Assembly (NCBI RefSeq): GCF_006345805.1
Contig: NC_042999.1
Coordinates: 100,440,001-100,504,000 of the forward strand
Reading direction: 5' to 3'
Source: Octopus sinensis
Taxonomy: Eukaryota
Length of the DNA: 64,000 nt
This document shows, in pieces, positions 37,755 through 51,398 of this stretch (position 1 is the stretch's first letter; every line of letters starts with the position of its first letter). The notes under the pieces are model-generated. The model saw only the letters and a list, made by a program, of their open reading frames with translations, had not been told where the DNA came from and did no database searches. The translations under genes were made by a program, and so were the position numbers.

Positions 37755-38385
37755 AGAATGTTGTTCGTTGTACCACCTTCTACTGTGACATGATATTGCA
37801 GCTGAAACAATATGCAATGAGTTCTGCAACAAAAAAAAACTGCCCTCAGATAAATATAGACAACACCACTGCTATCGAGTGCATGCATACATATCAGCAC
37901 AAGGAATATTAGCGAAACATTCCTATCAAAACTTCTACCACGTGCAAACACAACTGACCTAATAAAATTATTTGGGATAAAAAAGAAAAGTCTGGTTTTG
38001 TCATAGAGATAAGCTACCCTGGAGATGTAAACATTTCTTCCAAAATCAGCAAGGAGAATATCTACAGAAAACAGCTTTGAAATCTGCAGCTCAAATACCT
38101 GGTTTATAAATTTACATTCGAACAAATAATCATTGAGGCACTCGATTATGTTAGTAAATGCTTAAACCGCAATCGGGAAAAGCTAGGATTTTCAGGCAAA
38201 GAAAGAGACCAGATAACATGAACTTTACAGACTGTATCTGTATGTGAAGCAGTAAAAATATGCAAGGCTTCCTTGATATGTAACAAATTATCGTGGTTGT
38301 TCCAACTCCAATGAAAGTACTTTTGCTTCTTTGTTAGAAACCAGGTCCCTTTCTAGAAAGAATATTATCAAATAAAAAAAAACTG
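37755..38385 (+). mobile_element. R4/Dong-like REL-endonuclease LINE 3' relic
   Basis: + strand reads CKHN*PNKIIWDKKEKSGFVIEISYPGDVNI...IIIEALDYVSKCLNRNREKLGF, a diverged paralogue of 24133-24477. Confidence 0.8.
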
Positions 38386-39107
38386 TGTATATGTGTAATA
38401 CATATTTATATATGTGTGTGTGTGCGTATGTGTGCTTGTGTGTACGTAAGAATTATCTACAAACAGTTATATTTATTATTTCTAAACCAACAGTTTGGCG
38501 AAAGGAGGTTAGACGATAACATCAATATCAGTACTTGACTCACATATTATTTCATCGGCCCCCGAAAGACAAAGCTGATCTCGATGCGATTTGAATTCAG
38601 AATGCAAGGAACTGGAACACATGCCACATGGCATTTTTCCGCCATTATCGCTTTAAATCTACTTTTTTAATCACTGGTAGATTTCTGGTTTACAATACAG
38701 TGTGAATGTATATGGATCCACCATCACCAAATGGTTAAAAAGTTCGCTTGACATTTGAGGTTCTGATTCATGAATTTCGAGTGCAACGCATCCAATGAAC
38801 TTCCGCTCTGTTTCCGTATACCCAATTTCTCTCTCTCTCTTGAGATGTGTCGACTCAAGGCTATGGTAAAAGACACTGATTGTGATAAAACGGAGTGGGA
38901 TCGAACCTAGGACTTCATGATTGCAAAGAGAACTTCTTAACCAATCGACTGTGTGAGTCCGAAAAGAATATACTACCATACTCACACTTTCATGTACAGA
39001 CTCATGCATTCTATCGCACTCACGAACATCAACGGGCACACACACACACACACACACACCACACACACAACACACACACACACACACCACACACACACAC
39101 ACATGTA

Positions 39108-39152
<45 letters not shown>

Positions 39153-39249
39153 AATATATATATGTAGGTCCCGGGTTGATTCGGGGTTAACCACAGTAAA
39201 TAAGGTACTCAATACATAGCAGAGTAAAATTAATTTATTATATAGAAGG

Positions 39250-39301
39250 AGCTTCTACAGGACTAGAACTGTTTCATTCAAGAGAAATCTTCAGGAAGCT
39301 T
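39250..39301 (-). ncRNA. Type I hammerhead ribozyme motif
   Basis: AGCTTC-CTGAAGA-TTTC-TCTT-GAAT-GAAA-CAG-TTCTAGTC-CTG-TA-GAAGCT. Confidence 0.75.
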
Positions 39302-39346
39302 CCTGAAGATTTCTTTGAATGAAACACTTCTAGTCCTGTAGAAGCT
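39297..39346 (+). ncRNA. Type I hammerhead ribozyme motif (mirror copy)
   Basis: AGCTTC 39297-302; CTGAAGA 39303-09; GAAA 39321-24; stem III ACA/TGT; GUA ending 39340; GAAGCT 39341-46. Confidence 0.7.
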
Positions 39347-39361
39347 CCTTCTAATAATAAT

Positions 39362-39412
<51 letters not shown>

Positions 39413-39440
39413 GGCATACATACATTTATATATATACATA

Positions 39441-39833
39441 CATTCTTTTATTCTTTATTCTTTTAATTGTTACAGTCATTTGATTGCGGCCATGCTGGAG
39501 CACCGCCTTTAGTCGAGCAACTCCACCCCAGGTCTTATTCTTTGTAAGCCTAGTTCTTATTCTATCGATCTCTTTTGCCGAACCGCTAAGTTACGGAGAA
39601 GTTAACAAACCAGCATCGGTTGTCAAGCGATGTTGGGAGCACAAACACAGACAAACGCACATATATACATATACATATATACGACGGATTTCCTTCAGTT
39701 TCCGTCTACCAAATCCACTCACAAGGCTTTCGTTGGCCCGAGGCTATTGTAGAAGACACTTGCCCAAGGTGCCACGGAGTGGGACTGAACCCGGAACCAT
39801 GTGGCTGGTAAGTAAGCTACTTACCACACAGCC
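39441..39833 (-). mobile_element. Full-length SINE family B with internal microsatellite and (TAAAAGAA)n tail
   Basis: tRNA-like head, CCTTGGGCAAGTGTC segment, internal (TA/GT) tract, and 3' body ending ...GGCGGTGCTCCAGCATGGCCGCAATCAAATGACTG. Confidence 0.9.
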
Positions 39834-40644
39834 ATATGTATATACACTCACAAACGTGCTTGTGAACCCACACACACGTTTACCCTCACTCGCTCTCACT
39901 TACACACTCATAGGCTCACACACTCGCGCACGCGGTTATGTCAATAACAGTTTCAAATATGTCGACTGTACGACACATTCTGCTGGATAAACATGAGACA
40001 AGTTTAAACGAAATTCTAGTTGTGGAGAAATTAAGCCGATAGTAAGGAGAAATGAATAAAGACATCCGTACAGGTATACACGTATATAAATACATATCTG
40101 TATGCGTGGGGGACACACACACCCGCGTACGCACACACACCACACATGGACCGATGGCTGTGTATACATGTGTGTTTGCATGAATGTATATATGAAATCT
40201 TCATCCAACACGTTTCAACTACCTCTGCCGCCACCTCAACTTCTGGCTCTCCGCTCTGTGACTTCCAGTACAATCATGTCCTCCTTACACCCGACTGTCC
40301 AACTATCCTTTTATAAACAAAATTCCTGTAAGGAACCAGATACCTTTCAAGATAATAGTTTGGCGGGTTTGAGTGATCTGCTTGCATGATTCTCATTTTG
40401 ACAAGCGTTTCCTGAATATTACATGCTTATTTAAAATGGGCGGAAAATGAAAGGTAAGAGCGGACATCATCTGTGAGTGTGTGGTGTGTGTGTGTGTGGT
40501 GTGTGTGTGTGTGTGTGTGTGTTTATGAGTGTGTTTGAGTACGTGTGTGTAAGAGTATATGTTTATGTGAATGTGAAAGTATATATGCTTATCTAAGTAT
40601 GTAGATTTCTCATCTTTATGTTTGTGTAAATAAACAAACGGGTA

Positions 40645-40675
<31 letters not shown>

Positions 40676-40705
40676 ATGCATGTATGCATGTATACATGCA
40701 TGATG

Positions 40706-40740
<35 letters not shown>

Positions 40741-40798
40741 TTACATATATGTGTATATATAATGGCGAAGATATATATGTATGTATGCAAGTGTATAT

Positions 40799-40834
<36 letters not shown>

Positions 40835-41255
40835 GGTGTATATATGTATAAAGATATATGTATATACGTATATATGTGTATGTATGTATATATACGCACA
40901 CACGCACTCGCACACCGACATACACACACACATGCACATATATTGAAAACGTAGTTATCTTTATCTTTATTTCCTGAGGTCTCTACACAAACATGAGAGG
41001 GTAACTGTTAGGTCAACAAGAACAAGTTTTTATAACAAGACAACCAGTCAAAAAGAGCAAAAGGTGAAGTGGACATGTTGTAGGTTATATTTATGGAAGT
41101 ATGATGACATTAGTACAAGTAGCGGTGACGATGGACTGAGGGTCGAAGTCATTTGTTAACATTAAATATATGTACACATACACACATAGTAACACACATG
41201 TACATTGTATCTCTACATGCAGACACACAACATACATACAGACAGACAGACAGAC

Positions 41256-41335
<80 letters not shown>

Positions 41336-41336
41336 T

Positions 41337-41371
<35 letters not shown>

Positions 41372-41426
41372 TGATTGGCACACAGATACGAACACACATA
41401 TATGCACACACTTATGTGTATACACT

Positions 41427-41458
<32 letters not shown>

Positions 41459-41512
41459 CATCCATATATATAAATCCTTAAATCCTTAAAAATGTTTTAG
41501 ATATATATATAT

Positions 41513-41697
41513 ATTAGGGAATATGATTCCAAACTTATAGGGAAAAATTCACAATTTAGTAATACTAAATAAAATTTCACAATATATAATACATGCATAT
41601 AAATTAAAGAAGAACCACCAGGTAGCAATTCAACAATGATATGAATAAATCATGCCCTATATGGTATGATTTATTTATATCATTGTTGAATTGCTAC
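41513..41697 (-). mobile_element. TA-flanked repeat fragment with 35-bp fold-back hairpin
   Basis: Arms 41622-41656 and 41663-41697 (2 mismatches, 6-nt loop CTATAT); same layout as the other fold-backs. Confidence 0.65.
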
Positions 41698-41711
41698 ATT
41701 GTTGTCCTCTC

Positions 41712-41803
<92 letters not shown>

Positions 41804-42369
41804 TTAGTGAGTATGTATTGCTGAACAACATACTACACTTTGTATTATACTTTCATCATTGTATTTTTGTTGACTGTAGTTTCATTTTTAATAAATTTGA
41901 ATGTTTAATACACAAAAACACTTTCGGCTCTCGATGATAAGTAAATGAAATTGTTATACCAAACGTTTTTATCTCTCTCCTTGGGTTAAAAAAAATGGAA
42001 TCGATCTGATTAGTTTCTTATCTTAAAACTTCATCAGAGAAAGAATATCTATCTGCACTGCGAGGGAGATTAGCCGTAACTTATTATCCGCGGTTAAATC
42101 TGTGTTTTATTGCTAATTATATTAAAAAAAACAATGTATCTACTTTGTCTGCGAATACACTGTTATGCAAATTAGATGAGTGGGTTTTGCTGAGCTCCAG
42201 TTTGTTTGCATTATAAACAACTATAAGTTAGTTATATATCGTAAATCACAATATGAGTATTCTTTCTCTGATAAAGATCTAAGGGGATTAGAAGCTATTT
42301 AGATTGACTACATTATTTTTTCCCATACTTATTTAAGATATTCGCTCCGTAGGGATCATAAACTAACGA

Positions 42370-42650
42370 TGACTTTTCTCCGCTGTTCTTGACTCAAGGC
42401 TGTCATTTCTGCTCCTCTCCCGTTGGATCGCTGCTTTTTTTCTGCTCTACTTGAGTATCCCACCTCTCCCAGGAGGGAAGTGTTTCTTCTCCCAGGTCTT
42501 GTTGGTTTTGAATTGTCCTCGATGCTTCTGTAACTTACTTTTTCTATGTAGGGGAAAACGGTGACCTCTACCCTTTGACCTGTCGAGTATTGGCTGCCCT
42601 ACTAGTAGCTTGAGCTCTACTAGGTATGCAAGCTACCACTCCGCAAAAAG
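42370..42650 (-). mobile_element. Possible RTE-like LINE 5' fragment
   Basis: GC-richer block; the minus strand contains GACAGGTCAAAGGGTAGAGGTCA, which resembles RTE-type 5' UTRs (from memory only). Confidence 0.3.
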
Positions 42651-45599
42651 AAATAGATTGTTTCTCTCATGGAGATATATAATCTGTTGTGTAAGCAACA
42701 TTGGTTACTTTTTTATAGTGAGTCTAAACTGCATGTTTATCAAAAAAGTTATATCTGTCATTAGACTTAATTAAATGCTTTTTTTTTTCATTTGTTTAAT
42801 TTTGTGTTCATTCTATTTGGTTTAATTTCTTTCATCTTTGACAGAATCTCTACTTGTTTGTAAGGCCTGCAATGGACAGACATTTCTCTCTTTTTATAGC
42901 GATAAGGTGTTATAATAAAAATATTTTCTATACCTTATGACAATGTTTTTAAGGGAGAAATATTTTCATTGTTATATTGCTATATTCACAATAATTTTGA
43001 TGGCTATGATTAATACAATACATATCGAAGGAATGGTCTATAAAATGGGGTGTGATTGTATATTCAAGGTATGTTAGAAATACTCTATTACGTTATTTCC
43101 ATTTATCAGTACACACATCTTATTTCTATCACCTTCAACATCAAAAATCACAATTCATTAATAAAAACTGTGAAAGTGTCACGAAGATAAAATCCTTTAC
43201 TATTTAAATATTTGACAAAATGTAAAATTTTCGAGGATATGTTACGTAATAAAACATCTGCTTAGGGGTTACAACACAGCATTTACAGAAAACAGAAATT
43301 GAGAAATATTTCCCCATGAAGAGTGATGTGTAGCAATTGATCTACAGATCAAACTAAGGTTTCTGTGCTTCTGGTGGTTTTCGCCATTGCAACTCCTAAC
43401 ACAAATGTTTCTGTTCTTTCTCCATTTTTTCTGTGTGTGTGTGTGTGTGTGTGGTGTGTGTGTGTGTGTGTGCGTATGTATGTGTGTGTGTGTGTGAAGA
43501 CGAAATTTGAACTCATAACGCACTGAACCAGAACGGTTAATGTCCGACGCTCTAACAAATTCACCTATCCATTGCTCAGGACTGATAGTTTATTTATTGA
43601 CCCCGAAAGAAAGAAAGACGAAGTCGACCTCAACAAGATTCCAACTCAGAGCTCGGTGAGCCAAAGCAATTTCCACAAAGCACTCTATCCAACGCTTTAA
43701 CTATTCTACCAGCTCACTACACATGTTAAATGTTTCCTTTCGAAATATTGATTTGCTAAAATAGGTCGAGATGGTAAAAGATTTATGAACTTCTACAAAA
43801 TGTGTATCCTCAGTTGAAGTCGACAAGTGACATCTCTGTATCACCGTATGTTTACTCTCTGATATCACTGATTTTAATACCAACCTTATCCCATCTCTTT
43901 AACTACATCGCATCTTTATCGTAGACATCTCATAAACATTGTCCAACCTTTCTAAACTGGGAAAGCTAGGAAAAGCTGGACAATGCCTCACTGACCAGCA
44001 GCTACATAAACTATTAATCTTATTGTGATCATTGAACTATCTTAAAGGATTTTGTTACCATTAAAGGTTAAATTTAAATCCGACGACGGCATAATACGAA
44101 GAGACATTGTCTTATGATTAATAGCCAATCATTTATTTATTGATGCTTCAAATTAAACAAAAATGTCATGTGAGTGACTCTGTTATGGCCAGCATACTTT
44201 TTAGCTCTCAATTGTTGCTAACTCTCTACAAAGCATCTAGAATAGGATATTGCTCCCACACCTAAAACGATACTGCTAATCCCAAATAACTGGTATTGAA
44301 TCGTTCACCAAACACACCCCATTCTTTGTCTCCTCACTCTACTTTTTCTATCGTTACAAAAGTGGCTTCTGCTTCTCGGTGCTGATTTGTCTCTCGCGGA
44401 CTCCACGCAGTTGCAACTGATTCACTCTTCTGTCCTTTTTTATTTGTTATGCCTCAATCGGCAACGCTTCAAACAAACCATTATTCCCAAACCTACACAC
44501 TCAGAAATTCAACGCCCTGAAATTCCATACTGACGTATGAGTGTGCTTGAAGCTGTCCATTTGCACTTGTTCAAAAACATCAACGGTATCGATCGCAAAG
44601 ACTCTAGAGAGCTTGTGAAGGCTAAGGGCACAACTCCTCCAGACTAGACCATTAAAAAGTATATCAGACTTGTGATCTCAGTATATTACAGGAACTATTT
44701 GCGTAACATATATTACATAACATATGCTGCATAACAAGTATTATGTAACGTACCTTAACCTTGATTATATTAGTCCTCCAGATATTACAGAGCGACAAAC
44801 ATACTTGGAATTCGTCGCTACCTGGTATTACAGTGTTTCATCGTATCATCAACCCAACAAAGACACCTTTACCTAGTCACTGGACCTGTCTGAAACAGCA
44901 GTCAAATCCCCCTCAAATCATACCCTATTTTCTTAAAAACGGAAGGATACATTGACCAGTATAGTTCTAGGTATAATCCTTCAACTATAGAAGTATGCTC
45001 AACTAGACTAGAATCGAAACTAGACTAAGCTGAATCGAAAATATGTCATTCAGGCGACTCAAACGGAAACTTTATGTAATTTCTCGAGTTGTTAGTAGTA
45101 GCAACCAAGCTGCCTATCTTAAAAAGAACACATTAGGTGACACAGACATAGATATAGAAGAAGATAGGGTGAACCCTTCTGATTATAGGTCTGATGGAAT
45201 CGGAGCTGATCAAGGGTTAAATAGCACCAGCTAGTGACAGCAAAATATACTATAGTATGTGTTACACAGCTTTCTGGCCTTATCTTTCTAATGTTATCGG
45301 TTCGTTTCTTAACTCTTTCCACTATTTTTTTTCTGTATTTGACACAACTCTTATAATAATTTATAATTTTGGCACAGAACTACATATGTTGAGAGAGGTC
45401 ACAGTCGATCGAATCGACCCTGATGTTTCATTGCTGTTCTTTTTATCAGACCTTCCCTCAATAAGAAAAAACGACGGCGGATTTGAGACCATAAGATAAG
45501 AAAGCAAGGTTTACTGAGTCAAGCATCCATCTCCTTCGCAAAAGTTATGATAGTTATAATATTGATCTGTTGCATAAGCATAATGCATGTTATTTCAAT

Positions 45600-45777
45600 C
45601 TCTCTACTAGATTTGTGTTTTATTATATCCATCACGAAATGTTGATAGGCAAAGTTGACTTCGGCCGGATTTGAACTCAGAAAGTTAAGAACCGGAACAA
45701 ATTCCCCCAAAGCATTTTTCCAGCTCTCTAATGATTCTGCCAACTCTCCGCTTAATAATAATAATTATTATTATTAC

Positions 45778-45828
<51 letters not shown>

Positions 45829-45870
45829 CGTCGTCGTCGTCATCGTCGTTCTTGTTCTTGTGTTTGCTGT
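45600..45870 (-). mobile_element. Degenerate SINE family A 5' part next to a (TAT)/(TGT)/(CGT) trinucleotide tract
   Basis: AGGCAAAGTTGACTTCGGCCGGATTTGAACTCAG...ATGATTCTGCCAACTCTCCGC is the reverse complement of the head; the tract lies at 45770-45870. Confidence 0.75.
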
Positions 45871-46354
45871 TGCTGTTTTTTGTGACTCCTTTGGTTTCTT
45901 TCATCGCTGTTCATTCGATTTTTACAATGGAATTTTACTTCTAACAAACAAAATAAGCAAACAAAAACAGCAGATTGTATTGACATTCTTTTCTCTAAGT
46001 TCTACGAAGATGGCGCAAGTCAGTTCTGCTGACACATGAAGATATTAGCAATATGTCGGCAATGGTTTACAATGACTTTGAGGGATCATTAAATAGCATT
46101 TATCTGTCATGTATACTTCACTTCGGACCTTGTGATCGCTTAAAGTTAGACAATATATTAATTGAATTAATTTTTCCAGCTGCCTATAATGTCTCTAAAC
46201 CCCTTTTGCTGGACGGTTTTATTCCTGACGTAGACAATTTATGAATAAATTTTAATTGAAATGTCAAAACTGTCCTCCGATTCAGATCATTCATTTATCC
46301 ATTTCTTTTCCATCACTAGCAAGCGCTTTATTATTTTCCTTCTACATATATATA

Positions 46355-46415
<61 letters not shown>

Positions 46416-46596
46416 ATATATTTATATGTATGGATAAATATATGCATTATTCTATATGATATATACTTATAATATATGTACGTATATAAGTAATCTTATA
46501 TATACGTACATACATTAAAATATATGTGTATAATTGTGAAATTTTGTGTACAGAATATGTGTATATGTAATAAATTACGAGCAAATTGTTATTCAA

Positions 46597-47009
46597 GAGC
46601 TGGCAGAAACGTTAGCACGCCGGGCGAAATGCTTAGCGGTATTTCGCCTGCCGTTACGTGCTGAGTTCAAATTCCACCGAGGTCGACTTTGCCTTTCATC
46701 CTTTCGGGGTCGATAAATTAAGGACCATTTACGCACTGGGGTCAATACAATCGACTTAATACGTTTGTCTGTCCTTGTTTGTCTGTCCTCTCTGTGTTTG
46801 GCCCCTTGTGGGTAGTAAAGAAATAGACATTTCGCCCGCTGCTACATTCTGAGCTCGGATTCTGCCATGGTCAACTTTGACTTTCATCCTTTCGGGGTTG
46901 ATAAAATAAGTGTCAGTCGAACACTGGGGTCGATGTAATCGACTCATTTTTCTCCCCCAAAGTTCTGTCCTTGTGGCAAAATTTGAAATCATTATAATTA
47001 TTATTATTA

Positions 47010-47075
<66 letters not shown>

Positions 47076-47093
47076 TTATTATTATTATTATTA

Positions 47094-47139
<46 letters not shown>

Positions 47140-47140
47140 G
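46597..47140 (+). mobile_element. Dimeric SINE family A with (ATT)n tail
   Basis: Monomer 1, a linker ending AAAGAAATAG, monomer 2 starting at the internal CATTTCG, then (ATT)n at 46990-47140. Confidence 0.9.
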
Positions 47141-47814
47141 TATTTGTGTTTTGAAGCATGCAATTATCTGTTAAAACAGCTCCGAGAAAATTGAAGTATT
47201 ACCAAATAATTTACAAGATATCTTCTTTTTCTTTTTTTTTAAATTGGAGATTTCGAAATTTTTAACGTTCATTCCAATACCTAGAGGGGATAAAAAGAAC
47301 TATCTTTTAGATTATTTTTCTTTTTGATATTTTCTTTATCGGAACATTTTCTTGTGTTTACAGTCCTTACCTTTAAACCTTCTAGGTTCGATAAAATAAA
47401 GTACCAATCAAGTATTTGGGTCGATATAATCGCCTATACCCGTCCCCTGCCCCAAATTTCTGGCGTTGTATATATGCTTGGAAAAAAGGGCGGCGGGTTG
47501 TCAGTATGATTAGAGTGTCGGAAAAAAGTTTTGGGCTTCTTCAATAAGAGGAGTAGTGAGAGATGTTAATGAGAAAAGTAGAACTAGGAACGGCTCACCG
47601 AAGGAAATGATGGAATAATTTCCGAATAAGCAAAAAATGAATTTAAAAAAAGCATCAAGTCAACAAAGATAAAGGGAATAAAATAAAAAGAAAACAAATT
47701 GTGACAGTCGCACGTAAATGCAATCACAATGTAACACTGGAAAAAGCTCAATAGTGCGATGTGAACTTTTATTTATTTAGTTATTTATTTATATATTTAT
47801 TTATTTGGGTATTT

Positions 47815-48025
47815 AAGACGACAAGCTGACAGAATCGTTAGCACGGAAGGCAAAATGCTTAGCGACATTTCGTCCGTCTTTAAGTTCTAAGTTCAAATTC
47901 CGCCGAGGTTTACTTTGCCTTTCATTCTTTCGGGATCGATGAAATAAGTACCATTTGAGCGCTGCAGTCGATCGACTAGTTGTCCCCTCCAAAATTTCGG
48001 GTCTTGTGTTTATGGTAGAAAGAAA
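47815..48025 (+). mobile_element. Monomeric SINE family A
   Basis: Head, B box AAGTTCAAATTCC, core and 3' end present. Confidence 0.9.
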
Positions 48026-48179
48026 CATTTCAGGCTTTCAGTTCGCGTGAGTATGAGCCATACAAGAGCATACCTTTTAACAACAGCTATTACATCAACA
48101 ACGCCAACTTATACGACATTAATAGTTCTAACAATTCCTTTGCATACATTATAAGCCAATTGGGTTGGAGTTTAGACAT

Positions 48180-48540
48180 GAGACAAGTCTACAAAGAGAG
48201 AGACGTGGCAAAAGCATGGCATAACAAATTGTTCTTTCTTGTTTGAGGAATGGAAGTGTGGAGACATTTAAGCTGCATAGAGATAATTTCGAAACATTTT
48301 TCTTTTATATGCAGAATCTCTTTTTGAACTGATTTCAAGCCTGCTTTGTGGATGTTGAGGTTGCATTGGCTTTGGGTGCTTCTTACGTGATATACATCTA
48401 CGTTTTGCGCTGGATCATACATTGCTAGTTCGACTATGTTATGGTTTGACAAAATCGTTGGCTTCATCTTCACATTGTTGATGAGTTCCTTGTTATCAGT
48501 GAAGGAAACATCCTAGCCATATATAGTATCATTTGCTCTA
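48180..48540 (-). mobile_element. CR1/L2-type LINE relic (end of APE endonuclease and linker)
   Basis: TILSNHNIVEL (SDH motif variant) followed ~25 aa later by LNIHKAGLKSV (NFxKAxW-like). Confidence 0.6.
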
Positions 48541-49068
48541 TGAACCTAATTTTAATGAGACCAACAAACGATTATGTTTGATCATGGCATGATTATGTTG
48601 CCTTCACGCCATTAACATTGGGGAAATTGAAGTAGCCCAACAGAAGTGCATTAATGCGTTGATCTGATTTCGTTGGTATTTCTTTTATCGTTCAAAGGCT
48701 TCAGTCAAATTTACTATCGTGGTTTGAGGCGTCAGGTGGACGATATGATGTGCATATTACCACACACCGAGCGGTTCCATATTTACCATTCGTGTGTCAC
48801 AGACCGAGTTTGAATCTGACAAGAGGATTAAGGGTGTAACATCTTTACGGTTCTACATAGCCACTCCACCATGACTTCATTCTTTCCTTCCTGTCAGTGT
48901 GAAACATACTTTTGTATGTGTATCTCTACATCTATAGATACATGCGTTTCTGTGAGTGTTATGCATATTGCTTGCTTGATTTTTTTCAATCAGTTATGAG
49001 ACTAAACTTATATTATATAAGTACTTTTTCATTCTAATATTGAAAAGTGCTTCAGCTGTGAGACTAAA

Positions 49069-49250
49069 TCTTATATATAAAAGGCAATTTCTGTCTGTTA
49101 CCATCATACTGCCTAAACCAGCGAACCAATATTCACCAAACTTTGCATACATGTCACACTAACATCCAGTTCAACAACAGGCTAATTAGGTTTCAATAAA
49201 AACCTATAATGTGCCCCCTAGTGGGGTTGAGAAAATTTTATGATAAAATG
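49069..49250 (+). mobile_element. Helitron-like 5' fragment
   Basis: A|TCTTATATATAAAAGGCAATTTCTGTCTGT start like the other Helitrons; no 3' hairpin/CTAG found. Confidence 0.45.
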
Positions 49251-49595
49251 AGAAAGATGCAAAAAGTATTAGCCTCAGGGAAATGTAGTAGCAGAGTGAG
49301 GGTGACTGAAATCAGTGAAGGGAAGAACAGAGTTATGTAAGCGACAAATATGTAGTGACATCGGGATGGTAATGTTAATACAGCTGTCATATATACGCGA
49401 CGCTGCATACATACTTTCGTAAATACATACACATAAGTAACTTTTAAAACGCCGAGGAAGACACATAGACACACACACAAATACATACGCACGTACATAC
49501 ATACGTACGTACATACAAACATGCATACATACAGACAGACAGATAGACAAACATATATATACATATGTACTATACATTTGTAAATGTGTGTGTGT

Positions 49596-49660
<65 letters not shown>

Positions 49661-50262
49661 ACGTCCTATAACTGTCTGCCTTTCTACTTTTGTAGGGTCT
49701 TCCCTGGTACTGTCACATATTGTGATATTTTAAAATTACTTCAAAATTTTCAAATTTGGTGTATTGGAATAATTCACGTTAAATCCGATTTTGTTTTTTT
49801 TTGTTTTGTTTTTTTTTTGTTCCAGAAAAATTGCAGAAAAAGGTTACTGAGGTTTAATGTTTAATCAATTTTACTTAACCAGAAAACAAGATTTGGAGGC
49901 TGGCATTTTCTGCATGATAGTTGTCAATCACAAAATGAAAGCAAAATCATTAGGAGGAGGAATTTTTACTAAACAAACGAAAGCAAAGCATTACGACGAC
50001 CAAAGGTGTAAGAACTTCTGAAGTTTTAATAAGTTTTAATGAATAAAGTCATCTGAAACGGTCGAATGTTCAAAAGAGAATCTTGTCACATACAATGTCA
50101 CGCTGATTCTCCTGAAAAATACGTGAAGTGTACATACGTTTGTGAAATGCTCAGCCATTACAGCTCAGACATGTAATTCAATTTAACGAATAAATGAACA
50201 CACGTTTTTGAACGACGGTGATATTTCCCCGCCACCGCTATGTTTGCATACATATATATGCA

Positions 50263-50345
50263 CCGTATTTTCCGGTGTGTAAAACGCGCTCTCGCATTAA
50301 AATAATTCCTACGTTTTTGTGGGGGGTAAAAGTATATTTTGTGGT
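50263..50345 (+). mobile_element. Solo pogo/Tc2-like terminal fragment
   Basis: CCGTATTTTCCGGTGTGTAAAACGC terminus, related to the MITE at 50507. Confidence 0.45.
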
Positions 50346-50506
50346 AAAAAAAAAAAAGAAACAAAGTTAATGTTTCATCATGCACTCATACACTTGGAAT
50401 AGCATCCAAGTCGCATTAGACACATGGCAATTTTTGTTACATTTAAGAATAATAAGAAAAAACACGTCTTATACATTGATATACAGTATATACCGAGTCC
50501 AGCATA

Positions 50507-51019
50507 CCGTAAATCCTCGAGTATAGTCCGCCCTTGAGTATAATACGGAGGGGATTTTTAGGGAGCTGTACCTCTGAAAAACCTAAACCTTGTGTATAAT
50601 ACGCACCCCTTCTCTAACTTGAGTCAAGGAGGTCTATATAACGTCCTTGGTTTGTAAAACTGTATACGGTAACGTCCTTTATTATTATTGTATATATAAC
50701 ATAATGCAAACGTGTAGCTTTTTTGTGCATTTTGTTTGCAGAAAATAAAGAAATAACAGTAATAACGTTTAATAAATGTTGCTTACTGAAAGTTATGAAT
50801 GATTCTTTTATGACTTCATTGCTTTCAGGCTTAGCTTAAGGTATTTTCGCGCCCGACATCACAAAATGCGTCTCAATAAACATTGCCGGACAGCAAATAG
50901 AGACTCGGACATTGCTTAGAAAATAATTTTCATTTTTAACCTCGTATATAATACGCACTAGGGATTTTGACCTTTAAATTTTGAGAAAAGAAGTGCGGAT
51001 TATACTCGAGGATTTACAG
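50507..51019. mobile_element. pogo/Tc1-mariner-type MITE
   Basis: TIRs CCGTAAATCCTCGAGTATAGTCCGC / GCGGATTATACTCGAGGATTTACAG; TA at the left; internal subterminal repeats GTATAATACGCAC. Confidence 0.8.
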
Positions 51020-51242
51020 TTTACATTTACCCATTATTTAAACATTACAATTTATCCACTATTCAGACATAAAAGTAAAACATTCTTGTTAGCAAAAATA
51101 GTTGCAAAGTTGCATAATGCTTCTGTAGAATTGAAAATGGCTGGTGTAAAAAATTGTGAGGTGATAAAACAGCTGAGAAAAATTAAGGGCTATGGTGAAA
51201 GCAAAGAGTAGCTATTTTGAATTGTAAATACATGTAAAATGT

Positions 51243-51398
51243 TGGTTTCAAATTTTGGCACAGAGCTAGCAACACCGAGGGATTACATCGATGCTTAGTG
51301 CTTGACTATAACTTATTTTATGGACCACGAAAGGATGAAAGGCAAAGTTAACCTCGGCGGAATTTGAACTCAGAATGTAGCGGCAGACGAAATACCGA
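51243..51398 (-). mobile_element. SINE family A fragment
   Basis: Reverse complement of the B box, core and 3' end. Confidence 0.85.

Larger units (their letters stand above)
39165..39360 (-). mobile_element. Penelope-like pseudo-LTR fragment with spacer-less 5' fold-back
   Basis: 39243-39353 is a near-perfect palindrome centred on AAG|CTT. Only the left arm continues, for ~80 bp, to (TA)n. Confidence 0.8.

Noticed and set aside
42008-42042. CTGATGA...GAAA on the minus strand
   Set aside because: No stem I or stem II pairing; chance motif.
43800-44700. Possible old LINE endonuclease relic (TDFNTNL)
   Set aside because: Only one short motif; no continuous alignment could be made by eye.
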